Positions 52,449 through 63,318 of a stretch of 64,000 bases of DNA are shown here, in pieces. The notes below the pieces were generated by a model, which saw nothing but the letters and a program-made list of their open reading frames with translations, was not told the origin of the DNA and did not search any database. The stretch lies in assembly GCA_963816395.1 (NCBI GenBank), contig CAWFKQ010000007.1:384001-448000 (forward strand). Reading direction: 5' to 3'. The translations under genes were made by a program, and so were the position numbers. Every line of letters starts with the position of its first letter. Position 1 is the first letter of the stretch. Origin of the DNA: an uncultured delta proteobacterium (GTDB lineage: Bacteria > Desulfobacterota > Desulfuromonadia > Desulfuromonadales > JACZKF01).

Positions 52449-52673
52449 TCTCCCGGGTCTCCTGAATTTTCATTAGTTTTTCTGGCAGACATATTGCACA
52501 AAATCTGCTATCTCTGTGGAGCAGCGCATCTTAAAGCATGGTGCTCCACCTGTCAAGAACGGCCCGCCCTCTTCTGGGCGGGGAATCGCCCGGATCGGCG
52601 CTCCGGACGAGCTTCTCGCGCCCGGTGATTTCCAGATGGATGCCGGCTTTTCACGGACAAAACGGTCTGGGTA

Positions 52674-54731
52674 GTGAATTCGCTTAAAATCAAAATCCTC
52701 GGGTTGACCATTCTCATCTTCGGTTCTGCCGTCGGCCTGACCACCTGGCAGAACCTGCGGACACAGCACGCCATCATTTCCCAGGTAGCCTCCCAGAAGG
52801 CCCAGATACTCGGCGATACCATTCGCAACACCATCGTCATCAATATGGCCAACGGCCAGAACTCAGAAGTGGCCAACATTCTCGAGCGGATCAAAAAAGA
52901 ACCAAGCATCGAATCGATCCGTATCTTCGACGAAACCGGACGCATCCTCGTTTCCGCCGATGCCGAGGAAATCGGCGACTTGATTCCCGCCGCCGATCTT
53001 CTGGCCTACCGCTCCGGCCAAAGCTTCTATCTCGGCAGCCGCCAGACGGAGGGCTATCACTGTGCCCTGGTCCCCATCGACAATGCCCCTCTCTGCCACC
53101 GCTGCCACGCGCAGGAAAAGCTTGTGCTGGGCATTCTCAACATTCATTTTTCCCAACATGAACTGCAGGCCCTGCAGAACCGCGGGCGGGAGGCAACCCT
53201 GCTTTCTTCGGCTGGTGTGCTGATTCTCCTCGTTCTGACCGTCACCGGGTTCATCCTCTATTACGTTGACACCCCCATCCGCAAGGTGGTCGCCGCCATG
53301 AACCTGGTCGAGCAGGGCGATTTCAATCAGGCGCGGATCGGGATCATCAGCTCGAATGAAATGGCACTGCTCGCTACCAAATTCAATCTCATGGTGGAAC
53401 GCCTGCGCAACCTGATGAGGTCGACCGTATTGCACGAACGGGAGATGGCAATCGCCCAGGAAAAGCTGGCCCACCACGACGAAATCCGCTGCATGAACGC
53501 CACCCTGGAGGAACGTCTCAGGGAAATCGAATTTCTCAATGTCACCCTCGAAGAAAGGATTGAGGAAATCGAAGAGGCGAATTTCAAGATAGCCGATCTG
53601 GCCAGCGATCTGGAGGCGAAAAACACCACTCTTGCTCAGGCGGTCAGCCGCCTGTCGGCTCTCTACAAGATGGGGCTGGCGCTCAATTCCACCATGGACA
53701 TCGACCGATTGTTCGATCTGCTGCTGCGCAAGGCTACGGAGACCCTGAACGCTCAGGTCGGCCATATCCTCCTACTCGACCGCGACAGCTGGAGCCTGAA
53801 GGTAGGTTCCCTGATCGGCTGGGCGGAAAGCACCGATCCCACCAAACGCATCCCACTGCGCCCCGGCGGGGTTTCCCACTGGGTAATCGAAAACCGGGAG
53901 CCCCTGCTGATCAAAAAGATCGAGGAGGCGAAAGCGTTCAGTCGGCTCAGCCGCCTGGGGTATACCCGAGAGACGATCATCTGCGCGCCGCTGATGATTA
54001 AAGAAGAAGTCATCGGCACCCTGACCATGGCCAACCGGCGGGATGGCCTCTGCTTTACCAGTGATGATCTTGAACTCCTTACGACCATTGCCGCCCAGGC
54101 CAGTATCGCCATGAGAAATGTCCGCCTCTATGAAGATCAGCAGTCCACCTATCTGAGCACGGTCCAGGCGCTGGTTTCCACCATTGAGGCAAGCGATGCC
54201 TATACGCGGGGTCATTCGGAGAGGGTGACCCGCTACAGCCTGGCCCTGGCCCGACACCTGGGGCTGGCTCCGGAATCGGTGAAAACGCTCGAGGAGGCTG
54301 CGGTCCTTCACGACATCGGCAAAATCGGTATCGAAACGAGTCTTCTGCACAAGGAGGGGCGACTTTCGGACGACGATATCGACGTGCTGCATCAGCATCC
54401 TTCGATCGGCGTACACATTCTCGAACCGATCCACTTTCTGAAGGACGTGCGGAAAATCATCGAACAGCATCACGAGCGCTATGACGGCAAGGGTTACCCG
54501 CATGGCCTGGCCGGGGAAGTGATTCTGCCCGAGGCGAGAATTCTGGCGGTCGCCGATGCCTATGACGCAATGACCTCCGATCGCCCTTACCGCTCGGCGC
54601 TCACGCAATATACAGCGATGCAGGAGATCCGGGAGAATGCCGGCAGTCAGTTCGACCCGCAGGTGGCCCAGGCCCTCTTTGACATGTGGCAGATGGGCAC
54701 CCTGGACGAGGTCAGGAAGATGGAGGGATGA
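52674..54731 (+). CDS. Membrane HD-GYP phosphodiesterase (periplasmic CXXCH sensor, HAMP, GAF)
   Basis: Two TM segments flank a domain containing CHRCH; HAMP; GAF; GHSERV, HDIGK, HHERYDGKGYP, DAMTSDRPYR. Confidence 0.9.
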   Translation: MNSLKIKILGLTILIFGSAVGLTTWQNLRTQHAIISQVASQKAQILGDTIRNTIVINMANGQNSEVANILERIKKEPSIESIRIFDETGRILVSADAEEIGDLIPAADLLAYRSGQSFYLGSRQTEGYHCALVPIDNAPLCHRCHAQEKLVLGILNIHFSQHELQALQNRGREATLLSSAGVLILLVLTVTGFILYYVDTPIRKVVAAMNLVEQGDFNQARIGIISSNEMALLATKFNLMVERLRNLMRSTVLHEREMAIAQEKLAHHDEIRCMNATLEERLREIEFLNVTLEERIEEIEEANFKIADLASDLEAKNTTLAQAVSRLSALYKMGLALNSTMDIDRLFDLLLRKATETLNAQVGHILLLDRDSWSLKVGSLIGWAESTDPTKRIPLRPGGVSHWVIENREPLLIKKIEEAKAFSRLSRLGYTRETIICAPLMIKEEVIGTLTMANRRDGLCFTSDDLELLTTIAAQASIAMRNVRLYEDQQSTYLSTVQALVSTIEASDAYTRGHSERVTRYSLALARHLGLAPESVKTLEEAAVLHDIGKIGIETSLLHKEGRLSDDDIDVLHQHPSIGVHILEPIHFLKDVRKIIEQHHERYDGKGYPHGLAGEVILPEARILAVADAYDAMTSDRPYRSALTQYTAMQEIRENAGSQFDPQVAQALFDMWQMGTLDEVRKMEG

Positions 54732-56896
54732 AAAGACCGCGGCTGCCGGATCTGCAGCGGATGTCTCTGCTCCGTCGGATTCTCCTTCCCTTTTTCCTCA
54801 TTCTGATCCTGGTCGGCACGGTTGCCACAATCGGCACCGTTTCCTATATGACCAGCTTTCTGGCCCGGGATGTCAATGAACGCCTGGAAGCTTTCCAACA
54901 GATCGCCTACCGGGATATAAAAAAACAGGAAATCCTCCTCGTCACCTATAGCAGCCTGCTGGAGTACATGCAGGCACTCGCCGGACCTCATATCGACGAC
55001 CAGACCGCGGGCGCGCTACAGGACCAGATGGTCAATTCACTGCGTGAATCGCGGATTTCGGCAATCTATTATTCTCCTGCCAGCTTCGACAATATCCCTT
55101 ATGAATCTCTGCATAGCCTGCTTGAGCAGGCGGATCGCAGCGGCCGCCCCAGGTTCCGCCTGCTCGACGACATGGGATCAACCCCCATTCTGGCCGTTGC
55201 CGCCCCGGCCGGCCGGAATCCGGCAGCCAGGGGGATAGTTGTCCTGCAGACGCCGTTTGACGGCAATTTCCTGCGGCACCTGACCGGCGGCCTCAGAGTG
55301 GTCCCGCATCTGCTCACCATGGAAGGGAAACCGTTGGAGGTCGGCGAGGACTATGTTCCACCGCCCGCCCTCAACCAGGCGGAGCTCTCTTCCGTAATTT
55401 CCGGACACCGCCTGTTCAAGATGGCCGGGTTTCCCCTGCCCCATAAATTTCTGTATCAGGCCGTTCCCCTGGGAACCACCGACATGGTGATCGCCGTGGC
55501 GGAGGCACCGATGACCGATCTCGGTGGCACCACCGAAGCCATAATCCTGTATTCGCTGCTGATCTTTTTCTTCGCCCTGCTCCTCGGCAGCTTTCTCTAT
55601 TACCGCCTGATACGGCAGATCACCGCCCCGATGGAAGAGATCCTGCAGGCTACCCGGGCGATCAGCGGGGGGGATCTCGATTACCGCCTGCCGGATATTG
55701 CCGATGCAGAGATGGGACGAATCGCCGCTTCCTTCAACGCCATGATGGAGCGGCTGAAATTAGTTCACGAGGAAAATCTGGCCCAGGAAACAGCTCTCGC
55801 TCTAGCCCGGGAGGAGGTCAGACATAAGAAAATTCTTGAACAGAAAAACAGCGAGGTCGAGGCGGCCAACAAGGAACTGAAAGCGAACCTGTCTGAACTT
55901 TCGGCTCTTTTTCAGCTTAATGAGGCGACTATCTCGACCCTGGATATCAATCTGCTCCTGGAGCGGATGATAGAGATGCTGCAGAAGATGCTGCCGCACT
56001 GCAACCTGGCTCTGCTCCTGTACCAACCAGGAGCCGAGGAGTTGGAGGTGCAAAGAACGGCGGGACTTGCCCCGGCGCTGCTGAAGGAAATGGATTTACG
56101 GCTGGACCGCGGTTTGCTCGGTCAGGCGGCGAGAAAGCAGGAAATGATTTACCTCAGCGACTTGCAGGTGGATAACCCTCGTTTCGATTATCAAGGCAAA
56201 TCGCTTCCCGATGGTTCCCTGGTATGCACACCAATGGTGGTCAAGAAAAAACTCGCCGGACTTCTCCTGCTGAGCAGGGAGAAACCCCACGCCTTTACCA
56301 GCGGCGAGCTGAGGCTGATACAGGCGGTCGGCAATCAGGCCGCGATCGGCATTGAAAACGCCCGTTTATATGAACAAACCCGCAGTCTTTCCAATACCGA
56401 CGAGTTGACCAGCCTCGCCAATCGCCGCTTCTTCCTTGAGGTTCTCAAGCGGGAATTGGCGCAGGCCCAGCGTTTCAGCTCCCAGTTCAGCCTGATCATG
56501 ATCGATATTGATCATTTCAAGCGTTATAACGACTGCCACGGCCATCTCTGCGGCGACATGGCATTGAAGACCGTGGCCGACCTTCTGCTGCAGAATACCC
56601 GCGGCATCGACCTGGTTGCCCGCTTCGGCGGCGAGGAATTCGTCATCCTGCTTCCCAAGACCAGCAAGAGTGGGGCGGTGCTGGCAGCCGAGAAACTGCG
56701 GCAGCGCATTGCCGAGACCGTTTTCCCGGGCGCCGACCGCAGTCAGCCGGGGGGAGGACTGACCATCTCCCTGGGAGTGGCGGCCTTTCCCGTCGATAGC
56801 CGCGAAGAGTACGAGCTGATGGATCTGGCCGACCGCGCCCTCTACGAGGCCAAGGAAGAGGGTCGTGACCGCACGGTGGCCTGGAAATCGCTCTAA
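54728..56896 (+). CDS. Membrane diguanylate cyclase (HAMP, GAF, GGEEF)
   Basis: DIDHFKRYND..GH..GD, RGID I-site, RFGGEEF, ADRALY.AK..GR; ATGA overlap with the HD-GYP gene. Confidence 0.92.
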   Translation: MKRPRLPDLQRMSLLRRILLPFFLILILVGTVATIGTVSYMTSFLARDVNERLEAFQQIAYRDIKKQEILLVTYSSLLEYMQALAGPHIDDQTAGALQDQMVNSLRESRISAIYYSPASFDNIPYESLHSLLEQADRSGRPRFRLLDDMGSTPILAVAAPAGRNPAARGIVVLQTPFDGNFLRHLTGGLRVVPHLLTMEGKPLEVGEDYVPPPALNQAELSSVISGHRLFKMAGFPLPHKFLYQAVPLGTTDMVIAVAEAPMTDLGGTTEAIILYSLLIFFFALLLGSFLYYRLIRQITAPMEEILQATRAISGGDLDYRLPDIADAEMGRIAASFNAMMERLKLVHEENLAQETALALAREEVRHKKILEQKNSEVEAANKELKANLSELSALFQLNEATISTLDINLLLERMIEMLQKMLPHCNLALLLYQPGAEELEVQRTAGLAPALLKEMDLRLDRGLLGQAARKQEMIYLSDLQVDNPRFDYQGKSLPDGSLVCTPMVVKKKLAGLLLLSREKPHAFTSGELRLIQAVGNQAAIGIENARLYEQTRSLSNTDELTSLANRRFFLEVLKRELAQAQRFSSQFSLIMIDIDHFKRYNDCHGHLCGDMALKTVADLLLQNTRGIDLVARFGGEEFVILLPKTSKSGAVLAAEKLRQRIAETVFPGADRSQPGGGLTISLGVAAFPVDSREEYELMDLADRALYEAKEEGRDRTVAWKSL

Positions 56897-56915
56897 TCCC
56901 GGGCCCTCCGGTTCT

Positions 56916-58757
56916 TTACCGTCTCGCCGGCCCTCCTCCCCTCCCCCGCTCGCCGTCTTTCCCCGCCCGATAGCCCAGCAGCAAAGACGCTGCAGCTTCC
57001 CGTCCGCAGGCGCGAAGGGCCGCCAGAACATCCTGCCGATGCTCGGGGAGATGCCAGAGCAGGAGGGCCTTCTGCAGGCGCCGCTCCCGTGGCGAGCGGG
57101 GCACGTGCAGTGCTTCACCGGTCATTGGATCGCGGCCGGTGAAATAGATGCAGGTGGCAAGGGTACCGGGAGTGGGAGTGAATTCCTGTACCTGTTCCAC
57201 CCGCAGGCCATGCCTGCGGAGGAACAGGGCCGTCTCCACCATATCGCCCAGAGTGCTGCCGGGGTGGGCGGCGATCAGGTAAGGGACGACCGCCTGCCGC
57301 CGCCCCAGGCGCTGGCTGCGTTCCCTGAACCATTGCAGAAAAGTTTCGAAGACAGGAGCACCTGGCTTGCGCATGATCTTCGTCACTCCCTCGCAGAGCG
57401 CCTCCGGCGCCACCTTGAGCAGACCGCCGACATGGCTCTCGAGCAGATCCTCGAAATACTCCTGCTGATGCTCGAACAGATCGAAACGAACCCCCGAGGC
57501 GACGAAAACATGGCGCACGCCCTGCCGCTGGCGGATCTTTCGCAGCAGGCGCACCGCCCGGCGATCAGCGGTCAGCAGATGCCGGCAGGGCCTGGGGAAA
57601 AGGCAGCCGCTGCGCCGGCAACGGTCGCGGGCGGCCGGACGACCACAGGCAAGACCGTACATATTGGCAGTCGGACCGCCGACATCGCTGATAGTGCCGC
57701 GAAAGCCGGGCTGCCGGGCCATCCGATCGACCTCGGCGAGAACCGATCCCTCCGAGCGGGACTGCACGAATTTCCCCTGGTGATGGGTGATTGCGCAGAA
57801 GGCGCAGCCGCCGAAACAACCCCGGTGGGTGGTGACGGAGAAGCGGATCTGTTCAAAGGCAGGAATCGGCTCACGGTAGGCGGGATGCGGCAAGCGGGTG
57901 AATGGGAGGTGATAAATACGGTCCATTTCCGTCTCGCCGAGCGGCAGCTGAGGCGGGTTGACCACCACCTGGCGGGTGCCGTGCATCTGGACCAGCGGCC
58001 GCCCGCAGAAGGGGTTGGCTTCGGCGGCGGCGAGACGGAAGGCAGCATTGAAGGCCTCGGGGTCGGCTGCCGCTTCCTCATAGCCGGGAAGCCGCACCGC
58101 TCCCGCCGGCGCCTGGGCCGCCAGGTGGGCGGTGCCCCGGATTCCGCGCATCGCCGCTGGGGCCTCGCCGCCGGCAGCACGCCGGGCAACCTCCAGCAGG
58201 GGCGCCTCTCCCATGCCGAAAACGAGGAGGTCGGCCTTGCTGTCGACCAGCACCGAGCGGCGCACCGCATCATCCCAGAAATCGTAGTGGGCCAGACGCC
58301 GCAGACTCGCCTCGATGCCCCCGATGATCACCGGCAGCCCCTTGAAGGCCCCCTTGAGAGCCGCGGTATAGGCGATCACCGCCCGGTTCGGCCGGGCGCC
58401 GGCGCGGCCGCCAGGGGTATAGGCGTCGTCACGGCGCACCTTGCGGGCGGCGGTGTAATGATTGACCATGGAATCCATGGCCCCGGCGGAAAGGGCGGCG
58501 AACAGCCGCGGGCGCCCCATGACCCGCAGCGCCTCGGGATCGCGCCAGTCGGGTTGGGCCAGGATTCCCACCCGATAGCCCTCTGCTTCCAGCAGCCGCG
58601 CCAGCAGAGGAACGCCGAAGGCGGGATGGTCGATATAGGCATCCCCGGAGAGAAAGAGGATATCGAGTTCTTCCCAGCCGCGGCGCACCATTTCTGCGCG
58701 GGTGGTAGGGAGAAATAAAATCTGTCTCTCCTCGTTCAGCGGCTGCGATCCCGGCAC
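56916..58757 (-). CDS. ygiQ: YgiQ/UPF0313 radical SAM protein (start uncertain)
   Basis: [46 protein letters not shown]. Confidence 0.9.
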   Translation of the reverse strand: MPGSQPLNEERQILFLPTTRAEMVRRGWEELDILFLSGDAYIDHPAFGVPLLARLLEAEGYRVGILAQPDWRDPEALRVMGRPRLFAALSAGAMDSMVNHYTAARKVRRDDAYTPGGRAGARPNRAVIAYTAALKGAFKGLPVIIGGIEASLRRLAHYDFWDDAVRRSVLVDSKADLLVFGMGEAPLLEVARRAAGGEAPAAMRGIRGTAHLAAQAPAGAVRLPGYEEAAADPEAFNAAFRLAAAEANPFCGRPLVQMHGTRQVVVNPPQLPLGETEMDRIYHLPFTRLPHPAYREPIPAFEQIRFSVTTHRGCFGGCAFCAITHHQGKFVQSRSEGSVLAEVDRMARQPGFRGTISDVGGPTANMYGLACGRPAARDRCRRSGCLFPRPCRHLLTADRRAVRLLRKIRQRQGVRHVFVASGVRFDLFEHQQEYFEDLLESHVGGLLKVAPEALCEGVTKIMRKPGAPVFETFLQWFRERSQRLGRRQAVVPYLIAAHPGSTLGDMVETALFLRRHGLRVEQVQEFTPTPGTLATCIYFTGRDPMTGEALHVPRSPRERRLQKALLLWHLPEHRQDVLAALRACGREAAASLLLGYRAGKDGERGRGGGPARR

Positions 58758-58930
58758 AGGTGGGCAATTGAGCGGTCGTAGGTCCGCTCCCCTTCAGGAG
58801 TAAAGAAACAGCCGGGGATCTCCCCCCGGTTCCGATGGTAAGTCACGCACTTGCAGCAGCTCCCCCGCTTGTCGCACGACAGCTGGGTGCAGGTACAGTG
58901 CTCCTTGGTGGTCGCTGAGATACATTCCAT
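58736..58930 (-). CDS. Small Cys-rich protein (DUF6485-like)
   Basis: CTCT..SC..RG.CC.C..YH....E.PGCFF....E.TYDRS; GAGG RBS upstream. Confidence 0.7.
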   Translation of the reverse strand: MECISATTKEHCTCTQLSCDKRGSCCKCVTYHRNRGEIPGCFFTPEGERTYDRSIAHLCRDRSR

Positions 58931-58949
58931 TGGCAAACCTCAAAAGGCG

Positions 58950-59005
58950 GTGAGATAGTGAGATGGCGAGATAGAGTTACTACTTACTACCTCACTGTCT
59001 CACTA
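58950..59005. repeat. Octamer fold-back element, (GTGAGATA)n ... (CTGTCTCA)n
   Basis: GTGAGATA GTGAGATG GCGAGATA G, 12-nt spacer, then CTACCTCA CTGTCTCA CTA. Confidence 0.7.
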
Positions 59006-59014
59006 CATACTGCA

Positions 59015-60052
59015 TTACGGAAATACCGGCAGTGCTTCCAGCCCCGTTGTCTCCGGCAGCCCGAGAAGGATATTGAGATTCTGCACCGCCTGCCCCGCCG
59101 CCCCCTTGACCAGGTTATCGATGGCGGCGACCACAATTACCCGGCCGGTACGCGGGTCGCTGACCACCCCCAGATCACAGTAATTGCTTCCCCGCACGCA
59201 GGCCACGTTGGGCAGCTTTCCCTGCGGAAGGACACGGACGAAGGGTTCCTGCCGGTAATATTCCCGGTAGAGCTGAAGCAGCTCGGCAGTGTCCTTCGGC
59301 GCCTGCAAACCGGCATAGCAGGTGGAAAGAATCCCCCGATTGACCGGCAGCAGGTGCGGGGTGAAGCTGACCACCACCGGCTCCCCGGCGAGAGTGGAGA
59401 GCGTCTGCTCGATTTCCGGAGTATGCCGGTGGCTGCCGACTCCGTAGGCCTTGAAGCCCTCGTTCACCTCGCAGAACAGGCTATCCACCTTGGCGGAACG
59501 GCCGGCTCCGCTGGTCCCCGATTTGCTGTCGATGACCAGGGAGGCTAGCTCGACCTGCCGGTGGCTGAGCAAGGGGGCGAGGGCGAGGGCGACGCTGGTC
59601 GGGTAGCAGCCGGGATTGGCCACCAGCCGGGCACCCCGGAGCCGCTCCCGGAAAAGCTCCGGCAGTCCGTAAACAGCCTCAGGGAGCAATTCGGGGCTGC
59701 CGTGCGGACCATACCAGGCGGCATAGACCTCGGGGTCGCGCAGCCGGTAATCGGCCGAGAGGTCGATCACCCGGCGCCCGGCCTGCAGCAAGGGGGGAAC
59801 GACCTGCATGGCGGCCTGATGAGGCAGAGCGGTGAAGATCACCTCGGCGCGTTCGGCGATCGCCGCCGGTTCGGCGGCTTCGCAGACCAGATCGATCCGC
59901 CCGAAAAGGGAGGGGAAGAGCGCGGCGACCGGCTCGCCGGCGTTCTGCCGGGCGGTTACGCAGGTAACCTCGACCTGCGGGTGACCCGCCAGCAGGCGGA
60001 GCAATTCGGCGCCGGTGTAGCCGCTGGCGCCCATGACGGCGACTCTGACCAT
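59015..60052 (-). CDS. argC: N-acetyl-gamma-glutamyl-phosphate reductase
   Basis: [36 protein letters not shown]. Confidence 0.96.
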   Translation of the reverse strand: MVRVAVMGASGYTGAELLRLLAGHPQVEVTCVTARQNAGEPVAALFPSLFGRIDLVCEAAEPAAIAERAEVIFTALPHQAAMQVVPPLLQAGRRVIDLSADYRLRDPEVYAAWYGPHGSPELLPEAVYGLPELFRERLRGARLVANPGCYPTSVALALAPLLSHRQVELASLVIDSKSGTSGAGRSAKVDSLFCEVNEGFKAYGVGSHRHTPEIEQTLSTLAGEPVVVSFTPHLLPVNRGILSTCYAGLQAPKDTAELLQLYREYYRQEPFVRVLPQGKLPNVACVRGSNYCDLGVVSDPRTGRVIVVAAIDNLVKGAAGQAVQNLNILLGLPETTGLEALPVFP

Positions 60053-60072
60053 GTATTTCCTCCTCATAGCAG

Positions 60073-60100
60073 AAAAGGGAAACCCGAGGGTTTCCCTTTT
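60073..60100 (-). terminator. Terminator after rpsI
   Basis: AAAAGGGAAACCC-GA-GGGTTTCCCTTTT inverted repeat. Confidence 0.7.
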
Positions 60101-60142
60101 CCTTGCTGACTTTCGCTGCCGGGATCCGGCGGCCCGGAGCGA

Positions 60143-60535
60143 TTAACGCTTGGAGAACTGGAAGCTCCGACGGGCGGCGGCCCGGCCGTACTTCTTGCGT
60201 TCCTTGGCCCGGCTGTCGCGGGTAATGAACCCGGCCTTTTTCAGAAGCCCCCGCAACTGAACGTCCACCTCCAGCAGGGCCTTGGTGATGCCGTGCTTGA
60301 TCGCCCCCGCCTGCCCGGAAGGGCCGCCACCGGCAACATTGACGATAATATCGAATTTGCCGATATTCTGCGTCAGTTCCAGAGGCTGGCGGATGACCAT
60401 TTTGGAGGTTTCCCGCCCGAAATACTCGTCGATGGAACGCTTGTTGACGGTGATGTTCCCCGCCCCCGGTTTCAGCCATACCCGAGCCACCGACGTTTTC
60501 CTTCTTCCGGTCGCGTAAAATTTCTCTTCGGCCAT
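60143..60535 (-). CDS. rpsI: 30S ribosomal protein S9
   Basis: [25 protein letters not shown]. Confidence 0.97.
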   Translation of the reverse strand: MAEEKFYATGRRKTSVARVWLKPGAGNITVNKRSIDEYFGRETSKMVIRQPLELTQNIGKFDIIVNVAGGGPSGQAGAIKHGITKALLEVDVQLRGLLKKAGFITRDSRAKERKKYGRAAARRSFQFSKR

Positions 60536-60558
60536 CTCTTGTTTGTCTCCTGATTACT

Positions 60559-60987
60559 TTAGAAGGTCAGCGGCTTGGGCTGCTGGGCGGCATGCGGATG
60601 CTCGGGCCCGGCATAGACCTTGAGTTTACTGAACATCTGGCGGCCCAGTTTGTTCTTGGGCAGCATGCCCTTGACCGCCTTCTGGATCAACTGCTCCGGC
60701 TTCTTCTCCAGAAGCTTGCCGGCGGTAATCGACTTGAGACCGCCCGGGAATCCGGAATGGTGATGATACATCTTATCCGCCAGTTTGTTCCCGGTCAGCT
60801 TCACCTTGGCGGCATTCAGAACGATGACGAAATCCCCGGCATCGACGCTGGGGGTGTAAATGGGCTTGTGCTTGCCCCGCAGAACATGCGCAATCTGAGC
60901 GGCGGCCCGGCCGAGGACCTGCCCTTCCAGATCGACAATGTACCAGTTTTTCTTGATATTTGACGGTTTGGCAACTTGGGTGCTCAT
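60559..60987 (-). CDS. rplM: 50S ribosomal protein L13
   Basis: [25 protein letters not shown]. Confidence 0.97.
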   Translation of the reverse strand: MSTQVAKPSNIKKNWYIVDLEGQVLGRAAAQIAHVLRGKHKPIYTPSVDAGDFVIVLNAAKVKLTGNKLADKMYHHHSGFPGGLKSITAGKLLEKKPEQLIQKAVKGMLPKNKLGRQMFSKLKVYAGPEHPHAAQQPKPLTF

Positions 60988-61067
60988 GAATTTCCTCTCT
61001 GGTTCATAATCTGCGATTGCAACGGGGCTCACAGAAGCTGAGAAATTAGCCGAAGGCAGTCGGGATG

Positions 61068-61547
61068 TCAAGAATTTTTTTGAATGAGACCGGTTTCAGC
61101 CCGGCCTGGTTTCAGGCTGAGGACCGGGCAGGGAGCATGCTGGACGACCCGCTCCGCCGTGCTGCCGATCAGCAGGTGGGAAAGCCCGGTCCGACCATGG
61201 GTGCCGATAACGATGAGCTGGAAATGCTCCTCTTCGGCCAGGCGGCAGATTTCACGGAAAGGGATCCCGGCCACCGCCCGTCCCTCCAGGTGCAGCCCGG
61301 GGATCGCCTGCCGCCGGCGCTCAACCTCCTCCGCCAATTCCGCCGCCGCCTCCCGCAGCCGCCCGTCGAGCGCCTCGGTCGGCTCGCCGCCGAGGGTAGC
61401 AAAAGTCTCCACTTCCCCGCTGGGGACCACGTGCAGCAGGCAATAACTCGCTTCGAACCACTCCCGCAAGCCAAAGGCGAATTCCAGCGTCTCCCGGCTG
61501 GCGGCAGAAAAATCGGTGGGGACCAGGATCTTCAGGGGTTTTCTCAT
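61068..61547 (-). CDS. Universal stress protein (UspA family)
   Basis: [16 protein letters not shown]....[15 protein letters not shown]. Confidence 0.9.
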   Translation of the reverse strand: MRKPLKILVPTDFSAASRETLEFAFGLREWFEASYCLLHVVPSGEVETFATLGGEPTEALDGRLREAAAELAEEVERRRQAIPGLHLEGRAVAGIPFREICRLAEEEHFQLIVIGTHGRTGLSHLLIGSTAERVVQHAPCPVLSLKPGRAETGLIQKNS

Positions 61548-61650
61548 TATCGCCTCCGCCGCTCTCCATTATGGCGCGAACGGCGGCGGATGCAAGGCGG
61601 GGAAACAAACGGAGGAACCCGTGAGGTGCTTCTGTCCTACCTCACTACCT

Positions 61651-62395
61651 TCAGCTGCCTTCGTACCAGACCTCCATCAGGCACAGCCCCTGCGGCGGCG
61701 CGGTGATGCCGGCCGCTTCCCGCCGCCCGCCCTGCAGCAGTTCGGGGATATCGGTCCAGGGGCGTTTCCCCAGGCCGATCTCGACCAGGGTCCCGACCAT
61801 TACCCGCACCATGTGGCGCAGGAAACCGTCCCCTTTGACATCCAGGTGCAGCAGTTCCCCTTCCCGATTGCAGGTCGACCGAGAATATCTCCCGCACCGT
61901 CTCGCGGGCATCGCAGCCGGCGGCGCGAAAGGCGGCGAAATCGTGACGGCCGGCAAAAGCCGCCGCCCCCTGCATCATCGCCGGCAGGTCGAGGGGGGCG
62001 CGCAGGTGCCAGGAGGTGCGCGCCGCCAGCGGTGAGCGTACCGCTGCGTTGTAGATCGTGTAGCGGTACCATTTCCCCCGGGCACTGAAGCGGGCATGAA
62101 AGCCAGGGGGCGCTTCGGCCGCCTCGCGCACCGCCACCTCCGCCGGCAGCAGGCGGTTGATCCCCTCACGAAAGGCCGCCAGGGGGAGGGCGCCGGCGGT
62201 GCGGAAATGCACCGTCATGCCCCGGGCATGCACCCCGGCGTCGGTTCGGCCGGAAGAAGCCAACCGGATTTTTTCCCCGGTCAGTCGGGCCAGTGCTTCT
62301 TCCACCACCTCCTGCACGGAAAGGCCATTGGCCTGCAGCTGCCAGCCGGCGAAACGGGTACCGTCGAATTCCACGACCAGCCGAATGGTTCTCAT
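61651..62395 (-). CDS. truA: tRNA pseudouridine(38-40) synthase; frameshift at ~61868
   Basis: DGT.F.GWQ.Q, GRTDAGVHA, HDF.AF; then GFLRHMVR..GT and TAPPQGL in the shifted frame. Confidence 0.94.
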
Positions 62396-63177
62396 CGCAG
62401 CACGCCGAAAAGCAGCAGCAGACCGACCAGGCCGACGACGCTGAGCAGACGGTCGGTCCGCCGCGCTCGCAGAACCGGCAGTTCCCCCTCCCCCCAGACG
62501 TCCTCGCCGCGCGCCGCGGCCTGCGCCAGGGCATCGGCGCGGTCGACCAGCCGCAGCAGCAGCGGCGTGATCATCACCGCCAGCGCCCGGGCTCTGGCCG
62601 GCAGCGGCCCGCTGCCCGGATCGTTCCCAGCCTTCCGGGCGGCCGCCAGCTGGCCGGCGGCCTCCTCGCGAAAAATGGGGATGAACTGCAGCACCAGCAG
62701 GAACAGGAGCACCGTCTCGCGCACCGGCAGGCAGCGGCGCAGGGGCGCCAGCAGCACCGACAGGGCGGCGGCAAGCTCCCGTGGGGCGGTGGTCAGGGTG
62801 AGCAGGGAGGAGAAGGTGACCGCCAGCACCAGCTGCCCGTCCACCAGCAGACCCTGCGTCAATCCGTCCCGGGAGAGCCAGATCTGGCCGAAGAGGGTGC
62901 GGCCGGGAGAGAAGAGCAGGTGCAGCAGCAGGGTAAAGAGGAGCAGCCAGCGCAAGGCCCGCAGGCCCCGCCACCAGAGACGAGCGGGGATCTGGCCGAG
63001 GAGCAGGAGCAGGCCGGCGAACAGGGCCAGCACCGCCAGGCGGAGCGGGGCGGCGCCAGCAAAGGCGGCGATCACCAGCAGCGGCAGGCCGGCCAGCTTC
63101 AGCCGCGGATCGAGCCGGTGCAGGAAGGAATCCGCCGGGTGGTAGCGCCCGAGAGTAAGATCGTCGAGAAAGGACAT
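62392..63177 (-). CDS. ECF transporter T component (EcfT/CbiQ family)
   Basis: Y.P.DS.LHRLDPRLKL, LTT.P..L, F.P, ARG; membrane protein. Confidence 0.8.
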   Translation of the reverse strand: MSFLDDLTLGRYHPADSFLHRLDPRLKLAGLPLLVIAAFAGAAPLRLAVLALFAGLLLLLGQIPARLWWRGLRALRWLLLFTLLLHLLFSPGRTLFGQIWLSRDGLTQGLLVDGQLVLAVTFSSLLTLTTAPRELAAALSVLLAPLRRCLPVRETVLLFLLVLQFIPIFREEAAGQLAAARKAGNDPGSGPLPARARALAVMITPLLLRLVDRADALAQAAARGEDVWGEGELPVLRARRTDRLLSVVGLVGLLLLFGVLR

Positions 63178-63187
63178 GGGGAGATTA

Positions 63188-63313
63188 GGCCAGAGGCTAG
63201 AGGCAAGGGAATCGGGGACTAGAGGCCAGAGGCTGGAGGCAAGAGGTTACAAGCAGAACCATCGGCCAGGATTTATGGCTTTCCTCTAGCCTCTAGCCCC
63301 TTGCCTCTTGCCT
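63188..63313. repeat. Heptamer fold-back element between asd and ecfT
   Basis: AGGCCAG AGGCTAG AGGCAAG ... AGGCCAG AGGCTGG AGGCAAG AGGTTAC, spacer, then CCTCTAG CCTCTAG CCCCTTG CCTCTTG CCT. Confidence 0.8.
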
Positions 63314-63318
63314 GCCGT

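Noticed and set aside
52494..52509. Sigma54-like TTGCACAAAATCTGCT upstream of the HD-GYP gene
   Set aside because: It lacks the invariant GG at -24.
54728..56896. Hypr (cGAMP-producing) GGDEF and cGAMP-type riboswitches
   Set aside because: The cyclase retains the specificity Asp and both aptamers have G20.
56865..58718. Long antisense ORFs (this one, 611..2239, 3731..5320, 39484..41070 and others)
   Set aside because: Shadow frames of GC-rich genes on the opposite strand, with no recognisable motifs.
61637..62974. 445-aa ORF spanning ecfT and truA
   Set aside because: It is an off-frame read of ecfT joined to the truA N-half; the real start is 62395.
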